From an uncultured Bdellovibrionales bacterium (GTDB lineage Bacteria; Patescibacteriota; Minisyncoccia; Moranbacterales; UBA1568), in assembly GCA_964488025.1 (NCBI GenBank), contig CAZATJ010000001.1, positions 73,104 to 129,682 of the forward strand: a DNA stretch of 56,579 nucleotides, read 5' to 3'. Under the pieces are notes generated by a model. That model saw only the letters and a list, made by a program, of their open reading frames with translations, was not told the origin of the DNA and did no database searches. Shown piece after piece: positions 43,955 to 54,306 of this stretch (position 1 is the stretch's first letter; each line of letters starts with the position of its first letter). A program made the translations under genes and the position numbers.

Positions 43955-44419
43955 TCACCCACAAGAGCAAGTCCTGAGATCTGTCTGGTACTTGTCGAAA
44001 AGCGCCAGCACTTCACGAACGCCGTCCCGACAGCGCGCCAAGAGTTCTTGACGGGTCAGCCATCCGAGTGGACGAATTTCGATGTCAGCATGGACACCGC
44101 GCATGTTCTCCGGCCCTTTCACATATTGGGCGACATAGACATGAGCCAACGTGTCGTAGACCGGGACACACCCAATCCAGTTTGGTATCGGGAGAAAAAA
44201 CCGCACCTGATCCGTGGCATCGACCTCTTCGACAATCAGGCGATGCACTGTTCGCAGTTGCCGCTCTTCTGCTTCCTGTGTCTCCCATGGGAATGAATAG
44301 TCTTTACAGCCCACAATCTTGCCAATCTCCGGCTTGGATTGGAGCTCCTGCACACAGTAGAGCTGGCCTTCCCGATTGAACAAGAGCAGGGCAGCGCTCT
44401 GCGATCGATATTCCGCCAT
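43955..44419 (-). CDS. Nudix-fold protein with atypical Nudix box
   Basis: SAALLLFN.EG.L, FPWETQE..E...TVHRLIVEEV, LGW; SD-like GGGAG upstream. Confidence 0.65.
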   Translation of the reverse strand: MAEYRSQSAALLLFNREGQLYCVQELQSKPEIGKIVGCKDYSFPWETQEAEERQLRTVHRLIVEEVDATDQVRFFLPIPNWIGCVPVYDTLAHVYVAQYVKGPENMRGVHADIEIRPLGWLTRQELLARCRDGVREVLALFDKYQTDLRTCSCG

Positions 44420-44483
44420 GACTGACTCCCGTGTTGAAAATCGTGTTCCTACTCTAGCCTCTTTTTTCCCATTCTGTCAATAC

Positions 44484-44511
44484 AAAACGACTCCCCAAGG
44501 AAGAGTCGTTT
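44484..44511 (-). terminator. gyrA terminator
   Basis: AAACGACTC / GAGTCGTTT inverted repeat. Confidence 0.65.
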
Positions 44512-44527
44512 GTCGGTTTCAATAGTA

Positions 44528-46975
44528 TTACAGTACTGTAAACGCGGCCACTTTATCTCCCGATTGTGGTTTCATAACCCGAACACCCTGAGTCACGCGA
44601 CCCAGCCGTGGTACGCTCTTGAACGGAATACGAATGATGGTACCCTTCTCCGAAGTCAGGATAAGGTCATCTTCGATATTTTCCATACTCACCACTTTGG
44701 CACCGATAAGCTTTCCGGTTTTCGGGGTGACCTTCATGGTCTTGATACCAGATCCACCACGTTTCTGAACCTTATAGGACTTCAATTCACTTCGTTTCCC
44801 ATAGCCGTTCTGGGAGAGGATCAGGAGTTCAACATCTTTTTCACTTCGTACCACGTCCATACCAACCAGGACGTCAACATTTTTCAGCTTGATTCCACGC
44901 ACACCAGCCGCATTGCGTCCCATTGGACGAACATCGGATTCTTTAAACCGAATAGCTTGACCATCATTGGTCGTCAACACCACTTCGTCACTCCCTGTTG
45001 ATGGCGATACCCAACCGAGTGTGTCGCCCTTTTCTAGAGTAATGGCAATCAGACCGCTGCGCCGGACATTCTCGAAATCCTCAAGCTTCGTTTTCTTGAT
45101 CGTTCCCTTCTCGGTCGCCATGAACAAATATTTGAAACCACTCCCCTTATTGAGAGCTACCACGGCGGTGATTTTTTCTTCTTGAGATAATTGCAAGAAG
45201 TTCACAATTGCCTGCCCCTTGGATGTTCGAGATGACTCTGGAATTTCGTAAGCCTTGGTCTGAAACACCTTGCCAGAGTTGGTGAAGAACATGAGGTTAT
45301 CGTGCGACTCGATCGACAGCACCATCGAAATCTTGTCTTCCTCCTTGGTCGTAGCACCGATCACGCCCTTGCCTCCACGCTTCTGCACCCGATAGACACT
45401 TGGGTTCATCCGCTTGATATACCCATCCTCGGTAAGCGTGATGATAGCCTCCTCGTTCGGGATCAGATCCTCCTGTCGAAATTCTCCAATAGCCCCTTTG
45501 ATAACCTTGGTCTTGCGCTCATCGCCAAAACGATCACGCACTTCGATCAATTCACTCTTGACCAGAGCAAGAATCTTTTTTCGATGCTTCAAGAGGTCCT
45601 CGAGATAGGCAATCAGTTTGTACTTTTCTTCTAGCTCATCTTCAATTTTCTTCCGTTCCAATCCAGCCAGTGTCTGCAAACGCATTTCCAAAATAGCGGT
45701 GGCCTGCAATTCAGAGAGCTTGAACTTTTTCATCAAGTTCATGTGAGCTTCTTCTTTGGTCGAAGACTTGCGAATGGTTTCAATGACCGCGTCGATATGA
45801 TCAAGGGCGATTTTCAACCCCTCCAAAATATGAGCTCGGTCCTTCGCCTTTTTCAAATCATATTCCGTGCGACGCACTACCACAATTTCTCGATGCTTTA
45901 TGTAGTGTTCGAGGATTGATTTGAGGGTCAGCACCTGTGGATCGACGCCATCAACGAGCGCCAGCATATTGACGTTAAAGTTCTTCTGCAAATCAGTCAT
46001 TTGGAACAACTGATTCAGCACCTTTTGAGGGTATGCTTCTTTTTTCAGATCAACAACGACGCGGACACCATCTTTGTCAGATTCATCGCGAAGGTCTTTG
46101 ATGCCCGGTAATTTATTTTCTTTGTACAACTCGGCAATCTTCATGATGAGATTGGCTTTGTTGGTCGCGTAGGTCATTTCAGTGATAACGATCTGAAACA
46201 TTCCCGACTTCATTTCGACAATTTCTGCTTTGGCCCGAGCCATGATAGGACCCTTCCCGGTAGCGTAAGCCTCGCGAATATCCTTCGTGTTGTAAATGAT
46301 GCCGCCCGTCGGAAAGTCTGGCCCCTTGATAAACTCCATCAAATCATCGACGGTCGCTTCCGGATGCTCAATCAGGTGGCAGATGCCGTCAACCAGTTCG
46401 TTTAAATTGTGCGGCGGAATATTCGTCGCCATGCCAACAGCAATGCCGACGGTGCCATTCAAAAGCAGCTGTGGCAGTTTGGCGGGGAGCACCAGCGGCT
46501 CTTCGTGCATGCCGTCAAAATTGGGAATAAAATCCACCGTATCCTTATCGATATCGATCAACATCTCTTCCGCGATAGCCTTCAGTTTGGCCTCGGTATA
46601 GCGATAGGCCGCCGCGCTATCACCATCCATAGAGCCGAAGTTTCCCTGACCCCATACCAGCGGATAACGCAGAGAAAAATCCTGAGCCAAACGAACCATC
46701 GTATCGTACACGGCCGTGTCACCATGAGGATGATATTTTCCCAACACCTCTCCAACTACCGTCGCCGACTTACGAAATTTTGCCGTGGAACGAAGTCCAG
46801 TCGACCACATGGAATAAAGAATGCGTCGATGAACCGGCTTCAGACCATCACGCACATCAGGGAGGGCACGTGCCACAATAACGCTCATGGCATAGTCAAG
46901 GTACGACTGACGTACTTCGTCCGTAATCGAACGCAGCTCTATCTTCCCATCATGAAATTCTTGTTTCGCTTCCAT
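44528..46975 (-). CDS. gyrA: DNA gyrase subunit A
   Basis: [24 protein letters not shown], GyrA-box QKRGGKG, beta-pinwheel repeats. Confidence 0.97.
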   Translation of the reverse strand: MEAKQEFHDGKIELRSITDEVRQSYLDYAMSVIVARALPDVRDGLKPVHRRILYSMWSTGLRSTAKFRKSATVVGEVLGKYHPHGDTAVYDTMVRLAQDFSLRYPLVWGQGNFGSMDGDSAAAYRYTEAKLKAIAEEMLIDIDKDTVDFIPNFDGMHEEPLVLPAKLPQLLLNGTVGIAVGMATNIPPHNLNELVDGICHLIEHPEATVDDLMEFIKGPDFPTGGIIYNTKDIREAYATGKGPIMARAKAEIVEMKSGMFQIVITEMTYATNKANLIMKIAELYKENKLPGIKDLRDESDKDGVRVVVDLKKEAYPQKVLNQLFQMTDLQKNFNVNMLALVDGVDPQVLTLKSILEHYIKHREIVVVRRTEYDLKKAKDRAHILEGLKIALDHIDAVIETIRKSSTKEEAHMNLMKKFKLSELQATAILEMRLQTLAGLERKKIEDELEEKYKLIAYLEDLLKHRKKILALVKSELIEVRDRFGDERKTKVIKGAIGEFRQEDLIPNEEAIITLTEDGYIKRMNPSVYRVQKRGGKGVIGATTKEEDKISMVLSIESHDNLMFFTNSGKVFQTKAYEIPESSRTSKGQAIVNFLQLSQEEKITAVVALNKGSGFKYLFMATEKGTIKKTKLEDFENVRRSGLIAITLEKGDTLGWVSPSTGSDEVVLTTNDGQAIRFKESDVRPMGRNAAGVRGIKLKNVDVLVGMDVVRSEKDVELLILSQNGYGKRSELKSYKVQKRGGSGIKTMKVTPKTGKLIGAKVVSMENIEDDLILTSEKGTIIRIPFKSVPRLGRVTQGVRVMKPQSGDKVAAFTVL

Positions 46976-47036
46976 AATTCCAAACGCTACGGGTAATATT
47001 TCTCAACTATTCCTTACCATCGCTTGCACAGATATT

Positions 47037-47369
47037 CTATTGCGACGGAACCGGCGTTTCTTTATCCCGTCCCTCCATCTGCTGATTAAAAAACGTCTCT
47101 CCATCGCCATTTTTTTCATCGACACGAAGCGGGGTTGAACGCTCGAAGAGATCATTCAGGGAAGGAGCACCACCCACGGCACTCTTCCCTTGTTCCGCGG
47201 CTTCGGGAATGTCGCCGATAACGGTCGTAATATTGTCCTCAACAGAAATAAACCAGATACCCGCGATAAGAATCATGCTTATCGAAACGCAGGCCACAAC
47301 ATAACGCCTCCGGATATGGTCCGGTTCTTTGCGTATAGCCTCAATTTTTTCCTGCAGGGAAAATTCCAT
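47037..47369 (-). CDS. Small single-pass membrane hypothetical protein
   Basis: IE.IRKEPDHIRRRYV followed by a TM helix; co-oriented in the operon. Confidence 0.7.
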   Translation of the reverse strand: MEFSLQEKIEAIRKEPDHIRRRYVVACVSISMILIAGIWFISVEDNITTVIGDIPEAAEQGKSAVGGAPSLNDLFERSTPLRVDEKNGDGETFFNQQMEGRDKETPVPSQ

Positions 47370-47380
47370 AATAATGTCTT

Positions 47381-48040
47381 TTACACCCCTCTTTCAAGAA
47401 GCACTATTTCCAACTGTTTTCCTTCCATTTCCTTTTTCTTGATATTGAGCCTGGGAAGGGTTTCTTTCGGGCAGTTTCCAATAGCATCACAAAAGGCCTT
47501 CTCCGTTTCAAGTGGAAGTGTTAGGCCAGCAATTTTGTAGTGCATCGGGATAACCAGTTTCGGCTCGATCTTTCGCACCAATTCAGAAGCCAGCTTGGCA
47601 TCAAGCGCTCCGGCACCGCCGACAGGAAGAAAAAGGATATCCACACCATTCAACTTATCGAGGGTTTCTGGGGAAAGATCATGACCCAAGGCCCCCAAAA
47701 ACGCCACATGAATATCCTCACTCTCGAAAATATAGATGGTATTTTGCCCACGCAGGGCGCCTTCCTTATCATCTTGGAACGTCGGAAATCCGAGGGCCGC
47801 TATTCCTTTCGCCGAATATTCCCCCGGAGCATCGATGACTGTCGGCTCACCCTTCAGGCTCTCTTTCACTCCTTCGGTATTGCCATGAGAAAGAAAAACA
47901 ATATCAGCCTGACCCTGAGGAGCGCGCAGTCCCGATCCTTTTTCCAAAAGATCGGTCCAGATTACGACATCTTCCGTAGCTCGTCCGGCTGGCTTGGTAC
48001 TAATTTTGAAACAATAATCCCCGTAATACTGAATATTCAT
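47381..48040 (-). CDS. Metallo-beta-lactamase-fold protein (Lactamase_B_3-like), metal ligands degenerate
   Basis: IQYYGDYCFKI, PGEYS.KG, NTIYIF, DILFLPVGG, P.LVIPMHY. Confidence 0.82.
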   Translation of the reverse strand: MNIQYYGDYCFKISTKPAGRATEDVVIWTDLLEKGSGLRAPQGQADIVFLSHGNTEGVKESLKGEPTVIDAPGEYSAKGIAALGFPTFQDDKEGALRGQNTIYIFESEDIHVAFLGALGHDLSPETLDKLNGVDILFLPVGGAGALDAKLASELVRKIEPKLVIPMHYKIAGLTLPLETEKAFCDAIGNCPKETLPRLNIKKKEMEGKQLEIVLLERGV

Positions 48041-48233
48041 AGAATGCCTTATACTTTACAGTATGTTCATAGTAGCAGAAATTTCCTCCCTCGACAAGCC
48101 TTATTTTCACCTTTTCAAGCCATGCTTGAAGCGAGACAGCCGATCCACCCTGATTATTACCACCCGTAAAATCTGGTGGATGGCCGTTATTTTTACCAGG
48201 TTACCAAAAATTCCATCATTCCATCATGAGGGG

Positions 48234-48262
48234 TTGCAAAAATCATTCATTTGCGCTACAAT
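48234..48262 (+). promoter_or_regulatory. rpsA promoter
   Basis: TTGCAA (48234-48239), 17 bp, TACAAT (48257-48262); about 190-nt leader follows. Confidence 0.6.
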
Positions 48263-48456
48263 CGACAAAAGCTTCAGAAAAGCTTTCGGGCTAATTGGCT
48301 AACACAATTGAATACGAGGAGCTTATCCTCGCTTTCTCCGCTGTTTTCCAAGGCGCCATCGTGGTGTTTTTTGTTTTTAGAGAGTCATTTCCCACAGTTT
48401 CAAGCGCTTTTAAATACTAACAGCTGGGTGAAGCGCCCCTGCGAACATGAAATCAT

Positions 48457-49668
48457 ATGTCACAAACCACTGAAGAAGTTGTCATTTCTTCCCCTATGGA
48501 AGAACTTTTGAACCAGCATCTCGTCGAAATCCCGGAAGTTGGCGATGTTATCCCGGGCACTGTCATGTATGTCGCCCCGAGCTACGCCCTGATTGACCTT
48601 GGTCCTCTCGGTACCGGTATCGTTTTAGGAAAAGAAATGCGCGATGGCCTTGGTCCTGACGGCAAACTCAAGGTTGGCACGACTGTCACCGCCACGCTCA
48701 TGAGCTATGAGAATGAGGATGGCTATATCGAACTTTCCATCCGCGAGGCTTCCTATGAAAAATCGTGGGAAGATATCGAACACAAGCTGACTAACCGCGA
48801 AGTCATCGCCACCAAGGTATCAGAAGCTAATAAGGGCGGTCTGATGGTAGAAATAAACGGTATCGTTGGCTTTCTTCCGGTTTCCCAACTGGCGAGTGAA
48901 CACTATCCCCGTGTCGAAGACGGCGACAAGAATAAGATTCTCGACCTGCTCAAAAAACTGATTGGTCAAGAAATTCAGGTGCGCATCCTCGACGCCGATC
49001 GCGAGAGCGAAAAGCTTATCGTATCGGAAAAGGCTGCCCAGAGCGAAAAAGAACGCGAATTAATCAACCTGCTCAAGGTGGGAGACGTCGTTTCCGGTGA
49101 GGTCAGCGGCGTCGTGGATTTCGGCGCCTTCGTTAAGTTTTCTTCCCCGGTAAGTGAAGACGGCAAAAAGCCAAGTGAGAAGCTCGAGGGTTTGGTTCAT
49201 ATTTCCGAACTGGCCTGGCAACTCATCGATGACCCGCGCGATATGATCAAAACCGGCGACCACGTCGAAGCTAAAATTATCGGCATCGAGGAAACCCGTA
49301 TTTCTCTTTCCATGAAAGCCCTCAAAAAAGATCCGTGGGATGCCGTACTCGAGAAATACAAAGTGAACGACATCGTGTCCGGAAAAGTCGACAAAATCAA
49401 TCACTTTGGCGCCTTCGTCTACCTCGACAAAGACATCCATGGCCTGGCTCACGTCAGCGAGTTTCAGGAAATTTATCCCAACAAGAAGATTGAAGACGTC
49501 TTCAAGGAAGGAGAGACTTACACTTGGAGCATCCTCTCTATCGAGCCCAAGAGTCACCGCATGGGACTTTTGCCGGTAAAAGATAAGGCTGCTACCAAGG
49601 TTGTCAAAGAAATTGTGAAAGAAACCGCCAAAGAAAAACCAGCGACGGAAGAAGAGCCCAAGGCGTAA
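48457..49668 (+). CDS. rpsA: 30S ribosomal protein S1 (four S1 domains)
   Basis: Repeated S1 motifs (NKGGL.V....GFLP.SQ, DFGAFV, GLVHISEL, HFGAFV). Confidence 0.92.
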   Translation: MSQTTEEVVISSPMEELLNQHLVEIPEVGDVIPGTVMYVAPSYALIDLGPLGTGIVLGKEMRDGLGPDGKLKVGTTVTATLMSYENEDGYIELSIREASYEKSWEDIEHKLTNREVIATKVSEANKGGLMVEINGIVGFLPVSQLASEHYPRVEDGDKNKILDLLKKLIGQEIQVRILDADRESEKLIVSEKAAQSEKERELINLLKVGDVVSGEVSGVVDFGAFVKFSSPVSEDGKKPSEKLEGLVHISELAWQLIDDPRDMIKTGDHVEAKIIGIEETRISLSMKALKKDPWDAVLEKYKVNDIVSGKVDKINHFGAFVYLDKDIHGLAHVSEFQEIYPNKKIEDVFKEGETYTWSILSIEPKSHRMGLLPVKDKAATKVVKEIVKETAKEKPATEEEPKA

Positions 49669-49671
49669 AAC

Positions 49672-49705
49672 ACAAAAACATCCTGTTCACGCGGGATGTT
49701 TTTGT
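49672..49705 (+). terminator. rpsA terminator
   Basis: ACAAAAACATCCTG / CGGGATGTTTTTGT. Confidence 0.75.
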
Positions 49706-49756
49706 AACTACTGCTTGTCTTTATATCCCAAGTATTCCTATTCCTTAAACACATTT

Positions 49757-50341
49757 ATGTCTCGTCAAAAAAAACAAATCATTGTTATTGGAGGGCCGAC
49801 CGGAAGCGGTGAGAGCACCATCACCAATGCTCTTGTTGAACGCTTTCCAAACTTTACTCGATTGGTCACTGCCACGACACGTGCTCCGCGAGAAGGAGAA
49901 AAAAATGAGGTTGATTACTACTTTTTTAGTAAAGAGCAATTCCTGAAAGAAAAGGCGTCTGGAAATATATTGGAATTCACTCACATAGCCAATCGCGATA
50001 TCTATTACGGAAGCTATAAACCGGATTTGGAACAAAAATTAGCTGACGGAAAAACAATCATCATTAACCCAGACATCGTAGGAGCAAAATACTACAAGAG
50101 TAATTTCGGAGCTCTCACTATCTTTATTGAACCAGAGAGTATAGAGATCCTTTCGCAACGACTCAAGAAGCGCAATCCAAACATATCCGAAGAAGAACTC
50201 TCACAGCGTCTTGAGAACGCACGCCAAGAATTAGAGCATGAGAAACTATTCTATGATGTCATCATCAAAAACGAAGAAGACAAACTCGATGAGGCAATTG
50301 AAAAGGTGGCGGCCATCATCAAAAAACATTCCGAACAATAA
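49757..50341 (+). CDS. gmk: Guanylate kinase-like protein with P-loop Lys replaced by Glu
   Basis: TATTRAPREGE...DYYF, LE, YYGS, IFI.PES.E.L..RL..R, R...A..E; P-loop reads GPTGSGEST. Confidence 0.85.
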   Translation: MSRQKKQIIVIGGPTGSGESTITNALVERFPNFTRLVTATTRAPREGEKNEVDYYFFSKEQFLKEKASGNILEFTHIANRDIYYGSYKPDLEQKLADGKTIIINPDIVGAKYYKSNFGALTIFIEPESIEILSQRLKKRNPNISEEELSQRLENARQELEHEKLFYDVIIKNEEDKLDEAIEKVAAIIKKHSEQ

Positions 50342-50348
50342 AGATTCG

Positions 50349-51323
50349 GTGACACCGTTCGTGCGACGCTTCTTGAAACGTGTCCAAAACACCGTTACCA
50401 AGTACCAACTCTGGAATCGGAAAGAATCCTTTATTATCGGGGTTTCCGGCGGTGCTGATAGTCTGTGTCTCCTCGACGTTTTGTACCTCCTGTCGCAGAA
50501 ATACGACTTCACGCTGCACGTCGCTCATGTGAACTACCGTCTCCGTGGTCGCGACTCCGAACTCGATGAGATGCTCGTAAGAGAACGAGCGAATACGTAT
50601 GGGCTTCCCTTTTCCGTTCTTCATCCCAAAAAAACTTCTCCTTCCAACTTGGAGGAAAGACTGCGCGACATTCGCTACCGATTTTTTGAGAAGGTACGCA
50701 CGAAAAAAAAGGCGACGCTCATCGCCGTCGCTCATCACCAAGATGACCAGGCCGAAACATTTCTTCTCCGTCTCCTCCGCGGTTCCGGTATGCGAGGACT
50801 CTCTGCCATGCGGCCGAAAAATAATTTCGTCATCCGACCACTCATCGAAATGAGCCGGGAGGAAATCTTGCGTTATCTCAAGGAACGGAATATTTCCTAC
50901 CGCACCGACAAGAGCAATGACGACTCGAAATATATTCGTAATCGTTTACGGAATCGCCTCATCCCGCTCATTGAAAAAGAATACCAGCCCAGAATCAAAA
51001 AAATTCTCGCTGACACGGCGGCACTTATCGCCTCGGACTATCAGCTCCTCGAGACACTGACCCCATTCTCCATGCAGCAAAAAAATGGCACTCTGGAATT
51101 TTCCGCAAAAGAATTCCGCACTCTTTCTGAACCCATCATGAGACGGGAACTGCGCGCGGCCCTCAAACCATACTACCAAGGAAGGTCAGCTCCCAAAGGG
51201 GTAATCGATGAGATGGAGAAACTCCTCAGAAGCGTCAAAAGTAAACATCAGGTATTCGAAGTCGCCGGGTTGAAAATCGAACGCAAAGGTGATACAGTAA
51301 GACTACTCAATTTTTCATCATAA
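50349..51323 (+). CDS. tilS: tRNA(Ile)-lysidine synthase
   Basis: SGGADS PP-loop, HVNYRLRG, AHHQDDQAETFL.RL.RGSG, RPL, NRLRN; GTG start at 50349. Confidence 0.93.
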   Translation: MTPFVRRFLKRVQNTVTKYQLWNRKESFIIGVSGGADSLCLLDVLYLLSQKYDFTLHVAHVNYRLRGRDSELDEMLVRERANTYGLPFSVLHPKKTSPSNLEERLRDIRYRFFEKVRTKKKATLIAVAHHQDDQAETFLLRLLRGSGMRGLSAMRPKNNFVIRPLIEMSREEILRYLKERNISYRTDKSNDDSKYIRNRLRNRLIPLIEKEYQPRIKKILADTAALIASDYQLLETLTPFSMQQKNGTLEFSAKEFRTLSEPIMRRELRAALKPYYQGRSAPKGVIDEMEKLLRSVKSKHQVFEVAGLKIERKGDTVRLLNFSS

Positions 51324-51343
51324 TTACCTATTCTGCTACTTTT

Positions 51344-53191
51344 ATGGAAAAAATGCTCAAAAATCTCTCTACTCTGATACTACTCTTCCTGCTCGTTTCG
51401 GGCATCATTATCCTGTATCAATCCCCTGAAAATAAGCCCGCCGAAGTATCATTGAGCGAGCTGGTATCGCAAATCAACCAGGATCAGGTCAAAGAAATAA
51501 CCGTCAAAAACAATGAACTTTCCATCGTCCTTAAAGATGGTAAGAAGGAAAAGGCTGGAAAAGAGCCAGAAAGTTCCCTTTCCGAGACTCTTAGTAATTA
51601 CGGTATCGACAAGGAAAAGCTGAATGGGGTCTCCCTCAATATTACCGAGGATTCCGGGCTCGGATTCTGGCTCACCGCTATCCTGCCCTTTCTTCTCCCC
51701 TTTATCCTTATTTCCGCCTTTATCTGGTTCATGATGCGCCAAGCCCAGCGTGGCAACTCTCAGGCGCTTTCCTTCGGTATGAGCCGTGCCCGCATGATTG
51801 ATCCCAAAGACAAGAAGAAAAAAACCACCTTTGCCGATGTCGCCGGGGCCATAGAGGCCAAAACCGAACTGGAAGAGATCGTGGAGTTCCTGAAACACCC
51901 GAAAAAGTTCCTCAATATGGGAGCAAAAATCCCGAAAGGGGTGCTGCTTCTCGGTCCTCCAGGAACCGGTAAAACGCTCATGGCCAAAGCAGTCGCTGGC
52001 GAAGCTGGCGTCCCCTTTTTCAATATTAGTGGCAGTGAATTCGTCGAGATGTTCGTAGGAGTCGGAGCCAGTCGTGTCCGCGACCTTTTCAAGCAGGCCA
52101 AAAAAAACGCCCCTGCTATCGTTTTTATCGATGAAATTGATGCCGTCGGTCGCCATCGCGGTGCTGGTATGGGCGGTGGACACGATGAACGGGAACAAAC
52201 ACTCAATCAAATTCTCGTTGAAATGGATGGTTTCGAGACAGATACGAGTGTCATCGTTATTGCCTCTACCAACCGCCCCGACGTGCTCGATCCGGCGCTC
52301 CTTCGCCCAGGGCGTTTCGACCGCCGTGTCACCATGGATTTGCCTGATATTGGTGAGCGAGAGCAAATACTCGCTATCCACGTTAAAAATAAGCCCATCG
52401 AAGAAGGCGTCCCTATGCGCACTATTGCTGAACGCACTCCCGGATTCTCTGGCGCTGACCTGGCTAACCTCGTCAATGAGGCTGCTATCCTGGCGACCAG
52501 ACGAAATAAGAAAATTATCAGCATGCCGGAACTGACCGAGTCGATCGAAAAAGTCATTCTCGGTCCCGAGCGTCGCAGCCGTGTCATCAATAAGAAAGAG
52601 AAGGAAATCATCGCCTACCATGAGGGCGGTCATGCTCTGGTCGGCGCCAGTCTCCCCCATGCCGATCCTGTCCATAAAGTCTCCATCATCTCGCGCGGTC
52701 ATGCTGGTGGTTACACGCTGGCCGTTCCGGAAGAGGAAAAAAGCCTTCATTCCTACAATTACTTCATCGACGAACTCGCGGTATTTCTCGGGGGTTACGC
52801 CAGCGAAAAACTCGTGTTCGGCGATATCACTACCGGTCCATCGAACGACCTGGAGCGCGCCACGCAAATGGCTCGCAATATGGTGACCCGCTACGGCATG
52901 AGCCGTCTCGGCGCCCGGACATTCGGAAAAAAAGAAGAGCTCATCTTTCTTGGTCGTGAAATGCACGAAGAACGTAATTATTCCGAAAAAACCGCCCAGG
53001 ATATCGATATCGAAGTCACTCACCTCATTGATGAGGCCTTCAAGCGTGCTACCGCCATTCTCACGGAAAAACGAACCACCTTAAACGCTATCGCCTCGGC
53101 CCTGCTTGAAAAAGAAACCCTCGAAAAAGACGAATTCGCCGCCATCGTCGCCGGAAAAGTCACCATTCAAGCCCCCAAAGAAATCCTTTAA
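51344..53191 (+). CDS. ftsH: ATP-dependent zinc metalloprotease FtsH
   Basis: Two TM helices, [28 protein letters not shown]. Confidence 0.97.
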   Translation: MEKMLKNLSTLILLFLLVSGIIILYQSPENKPAEVSLSELVSQINQDQVKEITVKNNELSIVLKDGKKEKAGKEPESSLSETLSNYGIDKEKLNGVSLNITEDSGLGFWLTAILPFLLPFILISAFIWFMMRQAQRGNSQALSFGMSRARMIDPKDKKKKTTFADVAGAIEAKTELEEIVEFLKHPKKFLNMGAKIPKGVLLLGPPGTGKTLMAKAVAGEAGVPFFNISGSEFVEMFVGVGASRVRDLFKQAKKNAPAIVFIDEIDAVGRHRGAGMGGGHDEREQTLNQILVEMDGFETDTSVIVIASTNRPDVLDPALLRPGRFDRRVTMDLPDIGEREQILAIHVKNKPIEEGVPMRTIAERTPGFSGADLANLVNEAAILATRRNKKIISMPELTESIEKVILGPERRSRVINKKEKEIIAYHEGGHALVGASLPHADPVHKVSIISRGHAGGYTLAVPEEEKSLHSYNYFIDELAVFLGGYASEKLVFGDITTGPSNDLERATQMARNMVTRYGMSRLGARTFGKKEELIFLGREMHEERNYSEKTAQDIDIEVTHLIDEAFKRATAILTEKRTTLNAIASALLEKETLEKDEFAAIVAGKVTIQAPKEIL

Positions 53192-53225
53192 ATATATTTC
53201 TTCGGATTTCTCTCTTTCATTCTCT

Positions 53226-54101
53226 ATGGAAAAGATATCATTCCTTGATATTCTCTCTCGGGGCTGGAGCCTCTCGCTCTCCCGCATCAGCCTCTTCCTC
53301 TTCGGAATCCTCATTGCTCTTCCTATCGGACTAGAGGTTTTCATCAAACCCTCATCGGAAGAGTCCTTCTTCACTCTTCTCTCGCAGTACGCCACGTTTC
53401 ACCCATTCGGCACGCTCTTCCTTATTCTTAGTCTTTTTTTTACCTCACTCCTTGGAAAAAGTGGGCTGATCATCATGCTCAACAAAACGGAACAGGATAA
53501 TCAAGCCGCAAAAAAAATGCCCACGCTTACCGAATTTTTGAAGGCTTTCAAGAGGGCGATTCAGCTTGATATTTCCGTTATCGGATTTTTCATACTGCTC
53601 ACCATCGTCCTCTCCCTGCCGGCACTCTTGGCGACCTACACCCTGGGAACGGTTCCTGACATCCTCGCCTTTCTCTCTCTGCTGGTCTTTGTTCCGATAA
53701 TCATCGTCGCTTTCTTTATCCGGGAATTTTCTTACTTCTACTTTCTTCTCTCCCCTCTCAAACTCACCTCCTCTCTCGGGGCCGGTGCCAATCTTTTCAT
53801 GAACAAACGTTTTCTTTCGATCACTTTTGGATTCTTTTCCCTCCTCATTACCATACTCTTTACTTTTTCTTTCAATCTCGTTATGCTAGGTATTGTCGTC
53901 GTTTTTCAAAAAATCGTTCCTTCCCTATCAGAAAATATCGTCCTCCTTATAGTCAGCCTTCTTTACTTCTCCTGGTACGGGGTATTCCGTCAAACGCTCT
54001 GGTTTCTGTTCTTCAAAAGCCTGGCGGCACCGAAAGATGACCTCCCGGAAAAGGAAGAAATTCTCCTTGAGAAAAAAGTCTCTGAAATTCCTTCGATATA
54101 G
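53226..54101 (+). CDS. Multi-pass membrane hypothetical protein
   Basis: Six or more hydrophobic helices; start placed at ATG 53226 after the ftsH stop. Confidence 0.75.
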   Translation: MEKISFLDILSRGWSLSLSRISLFLFGILIALPIGLEVFIKPSSEESFFTLLSQYATFHPFGTLFLILSLFFTSLLGKSGLIIMLNKTEQDNQAAKKMPTLTEFLKAFKRAIQLDISVIGFFILLTIVLSLPALLATYTLGTVPDILAFLSLLVFVPIIIVAFFIREFSYFYFLLSPLKLTSSLGAGANLFMNKRFLSITFGFFSLLITILFTFSFNLVMLGIVVVFQKIVPSLSENIVLLIVSLLYFSWYGVFRQTLWFLFFKSLAAPKDDLPEKEEILLEKKVSEIPSI

Positions 54102-54121
54102 AAACAAGAGAAGAATCCTAC

Positions 54122-54198
54122 GGGTGTATAGCTCAGCTGGTTAGAGCGTCACATTGACATTGTGAAGGTCTCTGGTTCGAATCCAGATACACCCACCA
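54122..54198 (+). tRNA. tRNA-Val(GAC), CCA encoded
   Basis: GGGTGTA/TACACCC acceptor stem, TCACA-TTGACAT-TGTGA anticodon arm, GGTTCGAATCC T-arm. Confidence 0.96.
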
Positions 54199-54255
54199 CT
54201 TTCAACAATAGCAGGGTTGTGCGTGGATTCTCACCGAACAAAAAGTCAAGGTTAT

Positions 54256-54299
54256 AAAAAACAGAAAAACTCGGAGTGCTCCGAGCTTTTCTGTTTTTT
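54256..54299. terminator. Bidirectional terminator
   Basis: AAAAACAGAAAA-A-CTCGGAG-TG-CTCCGAG-C-TTTTCTGTTTTT. Confidence 0.8.
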
Positions 54300-54306
54300 A
54301 TCACTG

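Noticed and set aside
51449-53023. 524-aa minus-strand ORF
   Set aside because: Antisense shadow of ftsH arising from codon bias; no protein-like features
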